A stretch of DNA of 64,000 nt from the NCBI RefSeq assembly GCF_009914755.1, contig NC_060948.1; one strand, given 5' to 3'. Positions within the stretch are counted from its first letter, which is position 1; every line of letters begins with the position of its first letter. Positions 43,001 through 55,300 of the stretch are shown here, piece by piece. Source of the stretch: the human T2T-CHM13v2.0 reference genome, Homo sapiens. Under the pieces are notes generated by a model. It was not told where the DNA came from. It did no database searches and saw only the letters and a list, made by a program, of their open reading frames with translations. A program made the position numbers and the translations under genes.

Positions 43001-46000
43001 GACATAACTATGCACTGATCACCGAGGTGATGCAACTCTTCTCAAGGCTCTACCTACACGGGGCATTGTGACATATCTCTGCACTGATCTTGCAGGTGAT
43101 GTAACTCTTCTCTAGGCTCTGCCTGCAAGGTGCTTTGTGACATCACTGTATTGATCATTAAGGTGATGTAACTTTTGTCTAGGCTCTGCCTATGGGGGAA
43201 TTGTGACACATCTCTGCACTGATCACTGAGGTGATGTGACCCCTCTCTAAGCTCTCCCTATGGGTGCATTTTGAGATATCTCTGCAATGATTCCCCAGAT
43301 GATGTAACTTTTCTCTAGGCTTTGCCTAAAGCTGGATTTGCCGCATGTCTCTGTACTGATCACCCAGCTGATGTAACACTTTTCTAGCCTCTACCTACAG
43401 GGGAATTTTAACATATCACTGCACTGATCACCGAGATGTTGTAACTCTTGTATAGGCTTTGCCAACAGTGGGCTTTGAGACATATTTCTGTACTGATCAC
43501 CGAGGTGATGCAACTCCTGTCTGGGACCTGCCTACAGGGGGCATTTTGACAGATCTCTGCCCTGATCACCCAGGTGATGTAACTCTTCTGTAGGGTCTGC
43601 CTCCAGGGGTTATTGTGACATATCTCTGCACTGATCACGCAGGTGAGGTAACTCTTCTCTAGGCTCTGCCTACAAGGTGCTTTGTGACTTCACTCCTTAT
43701 TAAACATCCAGGTGAAGTAACTTTTGTCTAGGCTCTGCCTAAGGGGGCTTTGTGACCCATCTCTGCACTGATCATTCAGGTGATGTGACCCCTGTCTAAG
43801 CTCTCCCTATGGGTGCATTTTGAGATATCTCTGTACTGATTCCCCAGATGATGTAACTCTTTTCAAGGCTTTGCCTAAGGGGGATTTGCCACATATCTCT
43901 GTACTGATCACCTAGGTGATATAATACTTTCCTAGGTTCTTCCTACAGCGGAATTGTGACATATCACTGCACTGATCACCCAGATGATGTAACTCTTCTG
44001 TAGGCTGTACTTTCAGGGGGCTTTGTGACATACCTCTTCACTGATCAACTAGGTGATGTAACTCTTTTCTAGGCTTTGCCCAGAGGGGGCATTGTAACAT
44101 ATCTCTGCACTGATCACCCAGGTGATGTAACTCTTGTCCAGGCTCTGCCAATAGGTGCCCTTGTGACATATCTCTGCACTGATCATCTAGGTGATGTAAC
44201 ACTTGCTTACGCTCTGCCTGCTGGGGCATTGTGAAATATCCCTTTACTGATCAACCAGATGATGTACCTCTTGTCTAGGCTGTGCTTACATGGGGCATTG
44301 TGGCATAACTGCACTGATCACTCAGGTGATGGGACTTTTCTTTAGGCTCTGACTACTAGAGGCATTGTCACATATTTCTGCACTGATCACCGAAGTGATG
44401 GACTCTTGTCTTGTATCTGCCTATGGGGGGCATTGTGACATATCTCTGCGCTGATCACCCAGGCGATGTAACTCTGGTCTAAGCTCTGCCTAAAGAGGCA
44501 TTGTGACAGATCTCTGCACTGGTCACTCAGGTGATGTAATTATTTTCTAGGCTCTGCTTAAGGGGTCTTGTCACATATCTCTGCACTGATCACCCAGGTG
44601 ATGTAATTCTTGTCTAGGCTTGGCTTACAGGGGATATTGTGACATATCTCTCCACTGATCACCTAAGTAATGTAATACTTGTGTACGCTCTGCCTACAGT
44701 GGCATTTTGACATATCTCTGCACTGTTAACTGAAGCGATGTAACTCTTGTATAGGCTTCACTGACAAGTGGCATTGAGACTTATGTCTGCATTGATCACC
44801 TAGGTGATGCAGCTCTTGTATGGGATCTGCCTACAGGGGGCATTGTGACTTATCTCTGATGTGATCACCCAAGTGATGTAACTCTTGTCTTGGCTCTGCC
44901 TACTGGAGACATTGTGACTTATCTATGTACTGATCACCCAGGTGATTTAACTCTTGTCTAGGCTCTGGCCACAGGGACAAAGTGACATATATCTGCCCTG
45001 ATCACACAACTGAAGTAACTCTTTTCTAGTCTTCGCCTACATAGGGTGTTGTGACATATCTCTGCACTGATCTCTCAGGTGAGGTAACTCTTGTCTAGTC
45101 TCTACCTACAGAGGGCTTGTGACATCACTGTGCAATGCTCACCCAGGTAATGTAACTCTTGTCTAGCCTCTGCCGACATGGAGATTTTGAGATGTCTCTG
45201 CACTGATCACCCAGGTGATGTAAATTTTGTCTAGCCTCTGCCCACAGGGGCATTTTGACATATCTCTGCACTGATCACAGAGATGATGTATCTCTTGTCT
45301 GGGCTTTGCCAACAGGAGGCATTGAGACATAGCTCTGCACTGATCACCAAGGTGATGCAACTCTTGTCTGGGCTATGCCTACTTAGGGCATTGTGACATA
45401 TCTCTGCCCTGATCACCCAGGTGATGTAACTCTTGTCTAGGCTCTGCCAAAAGGGGGTATTGTGAAATATGCCTGCACTGATCACCTAGGTGATGTAACT
45501 CAATTCTAGGCTCTGCCTGCAGGGGCGTTTTGACATATCTCTGAAGTGATCACCGAGGTGATGTAACTCTTGTCTAGGGTTTGCCTACAGGGGGCATTGT
45601 AATATATCTCTGGACTTATCACCCAGGTGATGCAACTCTTCTCTAGGCTCTGCCTACAGGGGGCATTGTGACATATCTCTGCACTGATCACGCAGGTGAT
45701 GTAACTCTTCTCCAGTCTGTACTTTCACGGGGCTTTGTGACATACCTCTGCACTGATAACCTAGGCGTTGTAACTCTTTTCTAGGCTTTGTCCAGAGGTG
45801 GCATTTTTACATATCTCTCTGCACGGAGCATTAAGATAATGCAACTCTTGTCTATGCTCTGCCTACAGGAGCATTGGGAAATATCATTACACTGATCACA
45901 CAGGTGATGGTACTCTTGTCTAAGCTCTGCCTAAAGGGGTCTTTGTGACATATCTCTGCACTGTTCACTCAGGTGATGGGACTCTTCTCTATATTCTGCC

Positions 46001-47019
46001 TAGAGGGGGATTTGTGACATATCTCTACACTTATCACGCAGGTGATGGAAGACTTGTCTAGGCTCTGTCTGTTGGGGTATTGTGTCAGATATCTGCACTG
46101 ATCACTCAGGTGATGTAACTCTTGTCTGAGCTCTGCCTACAGAGATTTTTGTGACATATCACCGCACTGATCACCTAGATGATGGAACTCTTGACTAGGC
46201 TCTTCCTACAGGGACATTTGGATGTATCACTGCACTGATCACCCAGGTGATGTAACTCTTTTGTAGCCTCTGCCTATAGGGGCATTGTGACATATCTCTG
46301 CACTGATCAATCAGGTGATGTAACTTTTGTCTAGGCTTTGACTGCAGGGTTTTTTTTGACATATCTCCTCACCGATCACCCAGGTGATGGAATATTTTAC
46401 TAGGCTCTGCCTACATGGGCATTGTGACACATCTCTGAACTGATCAACCTAGTGATGTTAACTCTTCTTTAGGCTCTGCCTATTGGGTCTTCGTGACATA
46501 TCTCTGCACTGATCACCCAAGAGGTGGGACCTTTGTCTAGGCTGTGCCTATGGGGGCATTGTGACATATCTTTACACTGATCACCCAGGTTATGTAACAC
46601 TTGTGTGGGATCAACCTCTGGGAGCATTGTGGCATATTTCTGTACTGATCACCCAGGTGATGGGACGCTTTCCTAGGCTCTGTATATGGGGGCTTTGTGA
46701 CATATCTCTGCTCTGATCACTCAGGTGATGTAACGCTTGACTAGGCTCTGCCTATTGGGGCAAAGTGACATGTCACTGCATTAATCACTCAGATGATGTA
46801 ACTATTGTCTAGCCTCTGTTTAAGGAGACTTGTCACATATCTCTGCACTGATTACACAGCTGATGGAACACTTGTCTAGGCTCTGCCTACATGGGCATTG
46901 TGACACATCCCTGAGCTGATCAACCAAGTGATGTAACAATTGCCTAGGCTCTGCCTACAGTGGCATTGTGACATATCTCTGCACTAATCACCCAGGTGAT
47001 GTAACTCTTGTATAGGATC
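40042..47019 (+). repeat. Beta satellite sub-array, majority orientation (contains one inverted monomer)
   Basis: Forward monomers resume at gcactgatcacccaggtgatgtacattttgtctagg and end at ...cttgtataggatc|actccactcc. Confidence 0.93.
40420..40486 (-). repeat. Single inverted beta-satellite monomer
   Basis: gatcaatacagagtaatgtcacaaagcaccttgcatgcagagcctagagaagagttacattacctgc is the reverse complement of the monomer variant at ~43092-43156. Confidence 0.88.
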
Positions 47020-48100
47020 ACTCCACTCCACGCCATTCTGCTCCACTCCACTCCAGTCCAGTCGACTCCACTGAATTCCATTCCACTCCCCGCCATTCCA
47101 CTCAACTCGATTCCACTCCAGTCCAGTATATTCCACTCCACTCCACTCCATTCCACTTCACTCCATTCCATTTCACAGCACCTCATTCCATTCCACTCCA
47201 CTCCATTCCATTCCATTCCATTCCATTCCATTCCATTCCATTCCATTCCTTTCCATTATACTCCGTTCCATTCCATTCCACTCAATTCCACTCAACTCCT
47301 TTCCACTCCACTCCATTCCATTCTATTCCATTCCATTCCATTCCATACCACTATAATCCATTCCACTTCATTATTTTCCATTCAACTGCATTCCATTCCA
47401 CTCCACTCCACTTCAATCCACTACATTCCATTCCACTCCACCCCCCTCCAATGCACTCCACTCCACTCCACTAAATTCCATTCCACTCCATTCCATTCCA
47501 CTACATTCCCTTCCAGTCCACTCCATTCCACACCACTCCATTCCACTCAACTCCATTCCATTCCACACCATTCCAATCCATTCCATTCCATTCCATTCCA
47601 TCCCATTCTATTCCATTCCATTCCATTACACTCCATTCCATTCAATTCCATTCTATTGCACTCCATTCCACTATCCGTCATTCCACTCCACTCCATTCCA
47701 ATCCACTCCACTCCATTCCATTCTACTCCATTCCATTTCATTCTACGCCATTCCATTCAATTGCTTTATTTCGATTAGATCTCACTCAGTCACCCAGACT
47801 GGAGTGCACTGGCACAATCTTAGCTCACATGTCATTTCATCATTCAATTCCATTCCATATCATTCCATTCCACACCATTCCATTCAATTCCACTCCACTC
47901 CACACCATTCAACTCTATTCAATTCCATTCCACTCTTTTTCATTCCATTCCATTCCATTCCACTGCACTCCGATCCACTCCACTCAACTCTGCTCAACTC
48001 CAATCGACTCCCGTTCATTCCTTTCCATTCCATTCTAATCCATTCAATTCCACTCCACTCCAATCCACTCTACTGCACTCCACTCCACTCCATTCCATAA

Positions 48101-48160
48101 CATTCCACTGCACTCTGATTAACTACACGCCATTCCACTGCACTCTGATTAACTACACGC
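48101..48160 (+). repeat. Perfect 30-bp tandem duplication
   Basis: cattccactgcactctgattaactacacgc occurs twice; the paralogous unit at ~49064 has one copy. Confidence 0.93.
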
Positions 48161-51100
48161 AACTCCACTCCACTCCTGTCCACTCCACTCCATTCCATTC
48201 CACTCCACTCCATTCCATTCCATGCCACCTCATTCCATTCCACTCCACCTCATTCCATTCCACTCCACTCCATTTCATTCCATTCCATTCCATTCCATAC
48301 CACTACAATCCATTCCACTTCATTCCATTCCATTCAACTGCATTCCATTCCACTCCACTCCACTCCACTCCCACTCCATTCCATTCCACTCCACTCTCCT
48401 CCACTTCAATCCACTCCACTCCACTAAATTCCATTCTACTCCATTCCACTCCATTCCACTCCAGTCCACTCCACTCCACACCACTCCATTCCACTCGACT
48501 CCATTCCATTCCAAACCATTCCACTCCATTCCACTCCATGCCATTCCATTCCATTCCTTTCCATTCCATTCCATTCCATTCCATTCCATTCTACTGCACT
48601 CCATTCCACTACCCTTCATTCCACTCCACTCCATTCCAATCCACTCCACTCCATTCTACTCCATACCATTCTGCTCCACTCCATTCCATTCCATTCTACT
48701 CCATTCCATTCAATTCCTTTATTTCAATTAGATCTCACTCAATCACCCAGACTGGAGTGCAGTGACACAATCTTAGCTCACATGTCATTTCATCATTTGA
48801 TTCCATTCCATATCATTCCATTCCACACCATTCCATTGCATTCAATTCCCCTCCACTCCACACCCCTCTACTCTACTCCATTTCATTCCACTCTTTTTCA
48901 TTCCATTCCATTCCATTCCACAGCACTCCGATCCACTCCACTGAATTCCGCTCAGCTCCAGCCGACTCCCGTTTGTTCCTTTCCGTTACATTCCCTTCCA
49001 TTCAATTCCACTCCACTCCACTCCACTGCACTCCATTCAACTCCATTCCATTCCTTTCCATAACATTCCACTGCACTCCGATTAACTCCACAAAACTCCA
49101 CTCCACTCCACTCCTGTCCATTCCACTCCACTCCATTCCACTGCACTCCACTACACTCCACACAACTCCACTCCACTTCCATCCAGTTCAGTCCATTCCT
49201 TCCACTCCAGTCCATTCCATTCCACTCCACTCCATTCCATTCCATTCAATTCTATTCATTCAATTCCACTCCACTCATTTCCACTCCACTCCACTGCACT
49301 CCATTCCACTCCACTCCACTTCATTCCACTCCACTCCACTCCAAACCAATCCAGTCCACTCCATTACACTCTACTCCACTCTGCTCCCTTCCATTCCACT
49401 GCACTCCACTCCACTCCACTCCATTCCATTCCACTCCAGTCTAATCCTTTCCACTCCATTCCAGTCCACTCCATTCCATTCTACTCCATTCCACTTCACT
49501 CCACTCCACTCAATTCCATTCCACTCGATTCCATTCCATTCCTTTGTTTCCACAGGATCTCTCTCTATCACACAGGCGGGAGTTCAGTGGCACAATCTCA
49601 GCTCAAATTTCTTTACACCATTCCACTGCATTCCATTCCATCCCATTTCATTCCACTTTATTTCATTCCACTCCACCCCACTCCACTCCATTCCAGTCCA
49701 ATTTATTCCATTTCATTCCATTGCTTTCCATTCTTTTCTTCCAACAGGACATTACTTTTTCACACATGATGGAGTGCAGTGGCACAATCTCAGCTCACAT
49801 TACATGTCAACTTTCCATTGCAATCCGTTCCAATCCGTTCCACTCCGTTCCACTCCACTCCAATTAATTTCATTACACTTCTTTCCACTCCACGCCATTC
49901 CATTCCATTACACTCTACTCCGTTCCACTCCACTCCACTCCTATCCACTCCAGTCCACTCTACTCAATTCCATTCCACTCCAGTCCACTCAACCCCACTC
50001 CACTCCACTTCACTCCATTCCACTACACTCTACTGATTCAATTCCATTCCACTCCATTCCATTCCACTCAACTCCTCTCCATTCCATTCCACTCGACTCT
50101 ATTCCATTCCACTCCACTCCACTCCACTCCATTCCACTCCACTCCACTTTATTCCACTCCACTCCACTCCATTCCACTCCACTCCACTCCATTTGATTCC
50201 AATCCATTCCATTCAACTTCACTATAATCCATTCCACTGCAATCCATCCCATTCCATTCGACTCCATTCCACTCCACTCCACTCCATTCCATTCCATTTC
50301 ATTCCTTTCATTCCATTCCATTTCACTCCACTTCATTCCATTCCTTTCTTTCAACAGGATATCACAGTGTCACCCAGGTGAGAGTGCAATGGCATAATCT
50401 CAGGTAAGATTACATGTCAACTTTACATTGCATTGCATTCTATTCCATTCCACTCCACTCCATTCCATGCCATTCCATTCCATTCCATTCCATTCCATTC
50501 CACTCCACTTTACGACATTTCATTCCACTCCACTCCCCTCCACGCCAATCCACTCTACTCCAGTCCTTTCCATTCCACTCCATTCCATTCCTTTCATTCC
50601 ATTCCATTTAACTCCACTGCATTCCATTCCTTATTTCGAGAGGATAACACCGTGTCACCCAGGCTGGAGTGCAGTGGCATAATCTCAGCTAAGATTACAT
50701 GTCAACTTTATATTGCATTGCATTCTATTTCATTCCACTCCACTCCATTCCATTCCATTCCATTCCACTCCATTCCATTCCATTGCACTCCATTCAATTC
50801 CATTCCATTCCACACCATTCCCTTCAATTCCATTCCATTACATTCCATTCCTCTACCTTTCATTCCACTCCACTCTATTCAAATCCACTCCACTCCATTA
50901 AACTGCATTCCATTCCGCTGCACTCCTTTCCACTCCCTTCTACTCCATTCATTCCATTCCTTTATTTCGACTGGATGTCACACTGTCACGCAGACTGGAG
51001 TGCAGTGGCAAAATCTTAGCTCACATTTCATTTCATCATTCGATTCCATTCCATTTCATTCCATTTCACCCCATTCCATTCCATTCCACTCCATTCCACT

Positions 51101-52342
51101 CCACTCCACTCCATTCTACTTCATTCAATTCCACTCCATTCCATTCCATTCCACTGCACTTCGATCCACCCCACTCAACTCCACTCCATTCCAATCGAGT
51201 CTACTCCGTTCTGTTCCATTCCATTCCATTCCACTCCACTACATTCCACTCCACTCCATTCCATTCCATTCCATTCCATTCCATTCCATTCCATTCCATT
51301 CCATTCCAATGCACTCCGATCCACTCCACTCAACTCTACTCTACTCCACTCCACTCTGTTCCATACTGTTCCGTTCCCTTCCATTCCATTCCATTTCACT
51401 CCATTCCATTCCACTCCACTCCATCCCACTCCATCCCATTCCATTCCACTCCACTCCATTCCACTCCACTACATTCCATTCCACTCCACTGAATTGCACT
51501 CCATTCTATTACACTGAAATCCATTTCAATTCATTCTATTCCATTCCATTCCTTTATTTCTACTGGATCTCACTCTGTCACCCATACTGCCATGCTGTGG
51601 CACAATCTTAGCACACAATTCATTTCACCATTCCATTCCATTGTATTTTATTCCATCCCATTGCATTCCATTCCATTCCATTCCATTTCATTCCTTTCCA
51701 TTCCAATCCATTACATTCCATTTCATTCCACTCCACTCCACTTCACTCCACTCCACTTCTTTCCATTCCGCTCCATTCCATTCCATTCAATTCCATTTCA
51801 CTGAACTCTGATCCACTCCCCTCACCTACACTCCACTAAACTCCACTCCTTTCCTTTCCATTCCATTCCATTCCACAACTTTCCATTTCATCCCACTCCA
51901 TTTCACTCCATTCAAGTCCACTCCACTCCACTCTTCTCCACTCCATTCCACTACACAAAACTCCACTCCATTCCTTTCCATTCCATTCTATTGCACTGCA
52001 CTCCGATCAACTCCATTCAAATCCACTCCACTCCACTCCACTCAACTCTGTTCCTTTCCATTCCATTCCATTTCACTCCATTCCATTACACTCCACTCCC
52101 TTCCACTCCTCTCCATTTCACTCCATTCCCCTACATTACACTCCATTCCACTCCACTCTACTCCATTGCATTCCACTCCATTCCATTCCATTCCAAAATA
52201 TTCCACTCCAATAAACTCCACTCCATTCTGCTCCACTCCATTACACTCCATTCCATTCCATTCCATTCAATTTGATTCCACTCCTTTCTATTCCTCTCCA
52301 TTCCATTCCATTTTACTCCATTCCATTTCATTCCTTCATTTC

Positions 52343-52398
52343 GACTGGATCTCACTCTGTCACCCAGACTGGAGTGCAGTGGTACAATCTTAGTTCAC
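52343..52398 (-). mobile_element. Representative well-preserved Alu 3'-end fragment
   Basis: gactggatctcactctgtcacccagactggagtgcagtggtacaatcttagttcac aligns to roughly the last 55 nt of the Alu body in antisense. Confidence 0.9.
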
Positions 52399-55300
52399 AT
52401 TTCATTTCACCATTCCATTCCATTCCGTTGCATTCCATTCCATTCCGTTGCATTCCATTCCATTCCATTCCATTCCATTCCATTCCATTCCATTCCATTC
52501 CATTCCGTTCATTTCCATTCCACTCCATTTCATTCAATTCCATTCCACTCCGTTCAATTCGATTCCACTCCACACTGATACACTCCACTCCACTGCATTC
52601 CATTCCACTCAACTGCTTTCCATTCCATTCCACTCAATTCTACTCCACTCCACTCCATTCCATTCTATTCCATTCCACTGCACAAGCATCCACTCAAAAC
52701 AACTCCACTCCAATCCACTCCATTCAGTTCCATTTCATTACATTCCCCTCCATTGCATTCCATTCCACTCCATTCCACTCCACTCTATTTCACTCCATTC
52801 CCCTCAATTCCAGTCCACTCCATTCCACCCTACTCCATTTCATTCCACTGCATTCCATTCCATTCCCATAAATTCCATTCAATTTCATTCAACTCCATGC
52901 CACTCCACTCCATTCCACTAAACTCCGTTCCACTACATGCCATTCCTTTCCATTCAATTGCACTCCAATCCATTCCACTCAACTCCATTCCATTCCATTC
53001 CATTCCACTGCAATCCGATCCACTGCACTCAACTCCACTCCACTCCACTTCAGTGAACTTATTACATTCCATTCCGTTCCTTTCCGTTCCATTCCGCTCA
53101 AGTCCATTCCAGTCCACTCCATTCTACCCCACTCCATTTCAATCAATTCCACTCCACTCCACTCCATTCCATTCCACTCCATTCCACTTCATTCTATTGC
53201 ATTCCACTCCATTCCATTCCACTCCACTCCATTCCATTCCAATTTACTCCCTTCCATTCCATTCTTTAATTTCTACTGGATTTCACTCTGTCACCCAGAC
53301 TGAAGTGCAGTGGCACAATCTTAGCTCTTATTTCATTTCATCGTTCCATTCCATTCCTTTCCACTCCATTCCATTCCATTGCATTCCACTCCACTCCACT
53401 CTGCTGCACTCCACTCCATTCCATTCCACTCCACTCCCTTCCATTCCATTCCATTAAATTCCATTCCTTTCATTTCCATTCCATTCCAGTGTACTACGAT
53501 CCACTCCACTCCACTACACTCCTCTCTGTTCCGTTCCATTCCTTTCCATTCCATTCCATTCTGCTCCTTTCCATTACATTCCTCTCCACTCCTTTCCATT
53601 CCACTCCATTCCACTCCATTGCACTACAGTCCACTCCACTCCACTCCATTCCATTCCATTGCATTCCATTCCATTCCATTCCATTCCACTGCACTCTCAT
53701 CCACTCCAGTTATCTCCACCCCACTCCACTCCAATCCACTTCATTCCATTTTGTCTCATTCCATTCCGTTTCATTCCACTCCATTGAATTCCACTCCACT
53801 CCATTTCACTCGTTCCACTCCATTCCACTCCACTCCACTGCACTCCACTCCATTCTATTCCACTCTCTTCCATTCCACTCCACTCCATTTCATTCTACTC
53901 CACTCCACTCCATTCTATTCCCCTCCATTCCATTCTACTCCAATCCATTCCACTCAACTCCATTCCACTCCACTCCATTCCATTCTAATCCATTCCAGTC
54001 CTACCAAATCCATTCCAATCCACTCCACTCCATTCCATTCCACTCCATTCCTCTCCTTTCCACTACAATCCAGTTTTATTCCACTCTATTCCAGTTCACT
54101 CCATTCCACTCCAATCAACTTCATTCCTGTCCATCCCATTCCATACATTCCATTCGATTACATTCTAATCAATTCCATGACATTCTTTATTTCTACTGGA
54201 TCTCACTCTGTAACTCAGACTGGAGTGCCATGGCACAATCTTAGCTCACATTTCATTTCAACAATCCATTCCATTCCATTCCATTTCTTTCCATTCCATT
54301 GCATTCCATTAAATTACATTACCTTACATTACCTTCCACTCCACACCACCTCACTCCACTCCACTAGACTCCATTCCATTCCACTCCATTCCATTCCAGT
54401 TCACTCCATTCCATTCCATTCTATTCAACTCCATACCACTCCATTACACTCTGCTCCATTCCACTCAACTCCATTTCACTCCTCTCCATTCGATTCCACT
54501 TCATTCCTTTCCATTTGACTCCATTCCATTGAACTCTACTCCATTTTACTCCATTCCACTCCACTCCACTCCTTTCCACTCCACTCCACCCAACTCCATT
54601 CAACTCCACTTCACTCCACTCCATTCCATTCCACTCCACTCCCTTCCATTTCACTCCATCCCATTCCACTTCACACCACTACATTCCACTCCAATCCACG
54701 CCACTCCAATTCACTCCACTGAACTCCATTGCATTCCATTCCTTTCCACTTCACTCCATACCCTTCCATTCCACACCATTCCATGCCATTCCATTCCACT
54801 GCACTTCGATCCAATCAACCCCACTGCACTCCACTTCATTCCGTTCTGTTCCTTTCCATTCCGTTCCATTCCATTCAGTTCTGTTCAATTTGATTCCATT
54901 CCACTCCACTCCATTCCATTCCCTCCATTCCACTCCATTCCTCTCTGCTGCACTCCACTCCACTCCCCTCCATTCCATTCCATTCCATTCCGTTCCATTC
55001 CATTCCGTTCCTTTCCACGCTATTCAGATCCACTCCACTCAAAACCACTCCACTCCAATTGACTCTATTCCGTTACAATCTGTTCTGTTCCAGTCCATTC
55101 CATTCCATTCTATTCTGTTCCATTCCATTACGTTCATTTACTTTCCATTCTATGCTATTGCGTTCCACTGCACTTCGATCCATTCCACTCAATTCCACTC
55201 CACTCCACTCCACCCTGTTCTGTTCCGTTTCATTCCATTCCGATCCGTTACGCTCAACTCCGTTCCGTTCTAATCCATTCCACTCCACTGCATTCTATTC

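Larger units (their letters stand above)
26181..47019. repeat. Beta satellite (68-bp Sau3A/BSR family) array, ~300 monomers
   Basis: Tandem 68-69 bp monomer ctctgcctacaggg(g)gcattgtgacatatctctgcactgatcacccaggtgatgtaactcttgtctagg, carrying a conserved GATC (Sau3A) site. It matches the beta-satellite consensus as I recall it (GATCAGTGCAGAGATATGTCACAATGCCCC... on the opposite strand). Confidence 0.95.

Noticed and set aside
26578-45691. Short Cys/His-rich ORFs (SYITWVISAEICHNAPCRQSLDK repeats) resembling zinc-binding repeats
   Set aside because: They are the 23-codon translation of 69-bp beta monomers, broken by frequent frameshifts and stops, and they switch strand with the satellite inversion.
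26181-47019. Alpha satellite/CENP-B boxes, or D4Z4/DUX4-like or LSau sequence often found next to beta satellite
   Set aside because: The period is 68-69 bp, not 171 bp, and I saw no GC-rich or homeobox-like segment.
26181-47019. tcacccagg shared between the beta monomer and the Alu fragment
   Set aside because: Only about 9 bp match and the similarity does not extend, so there is no evidence of common origin.
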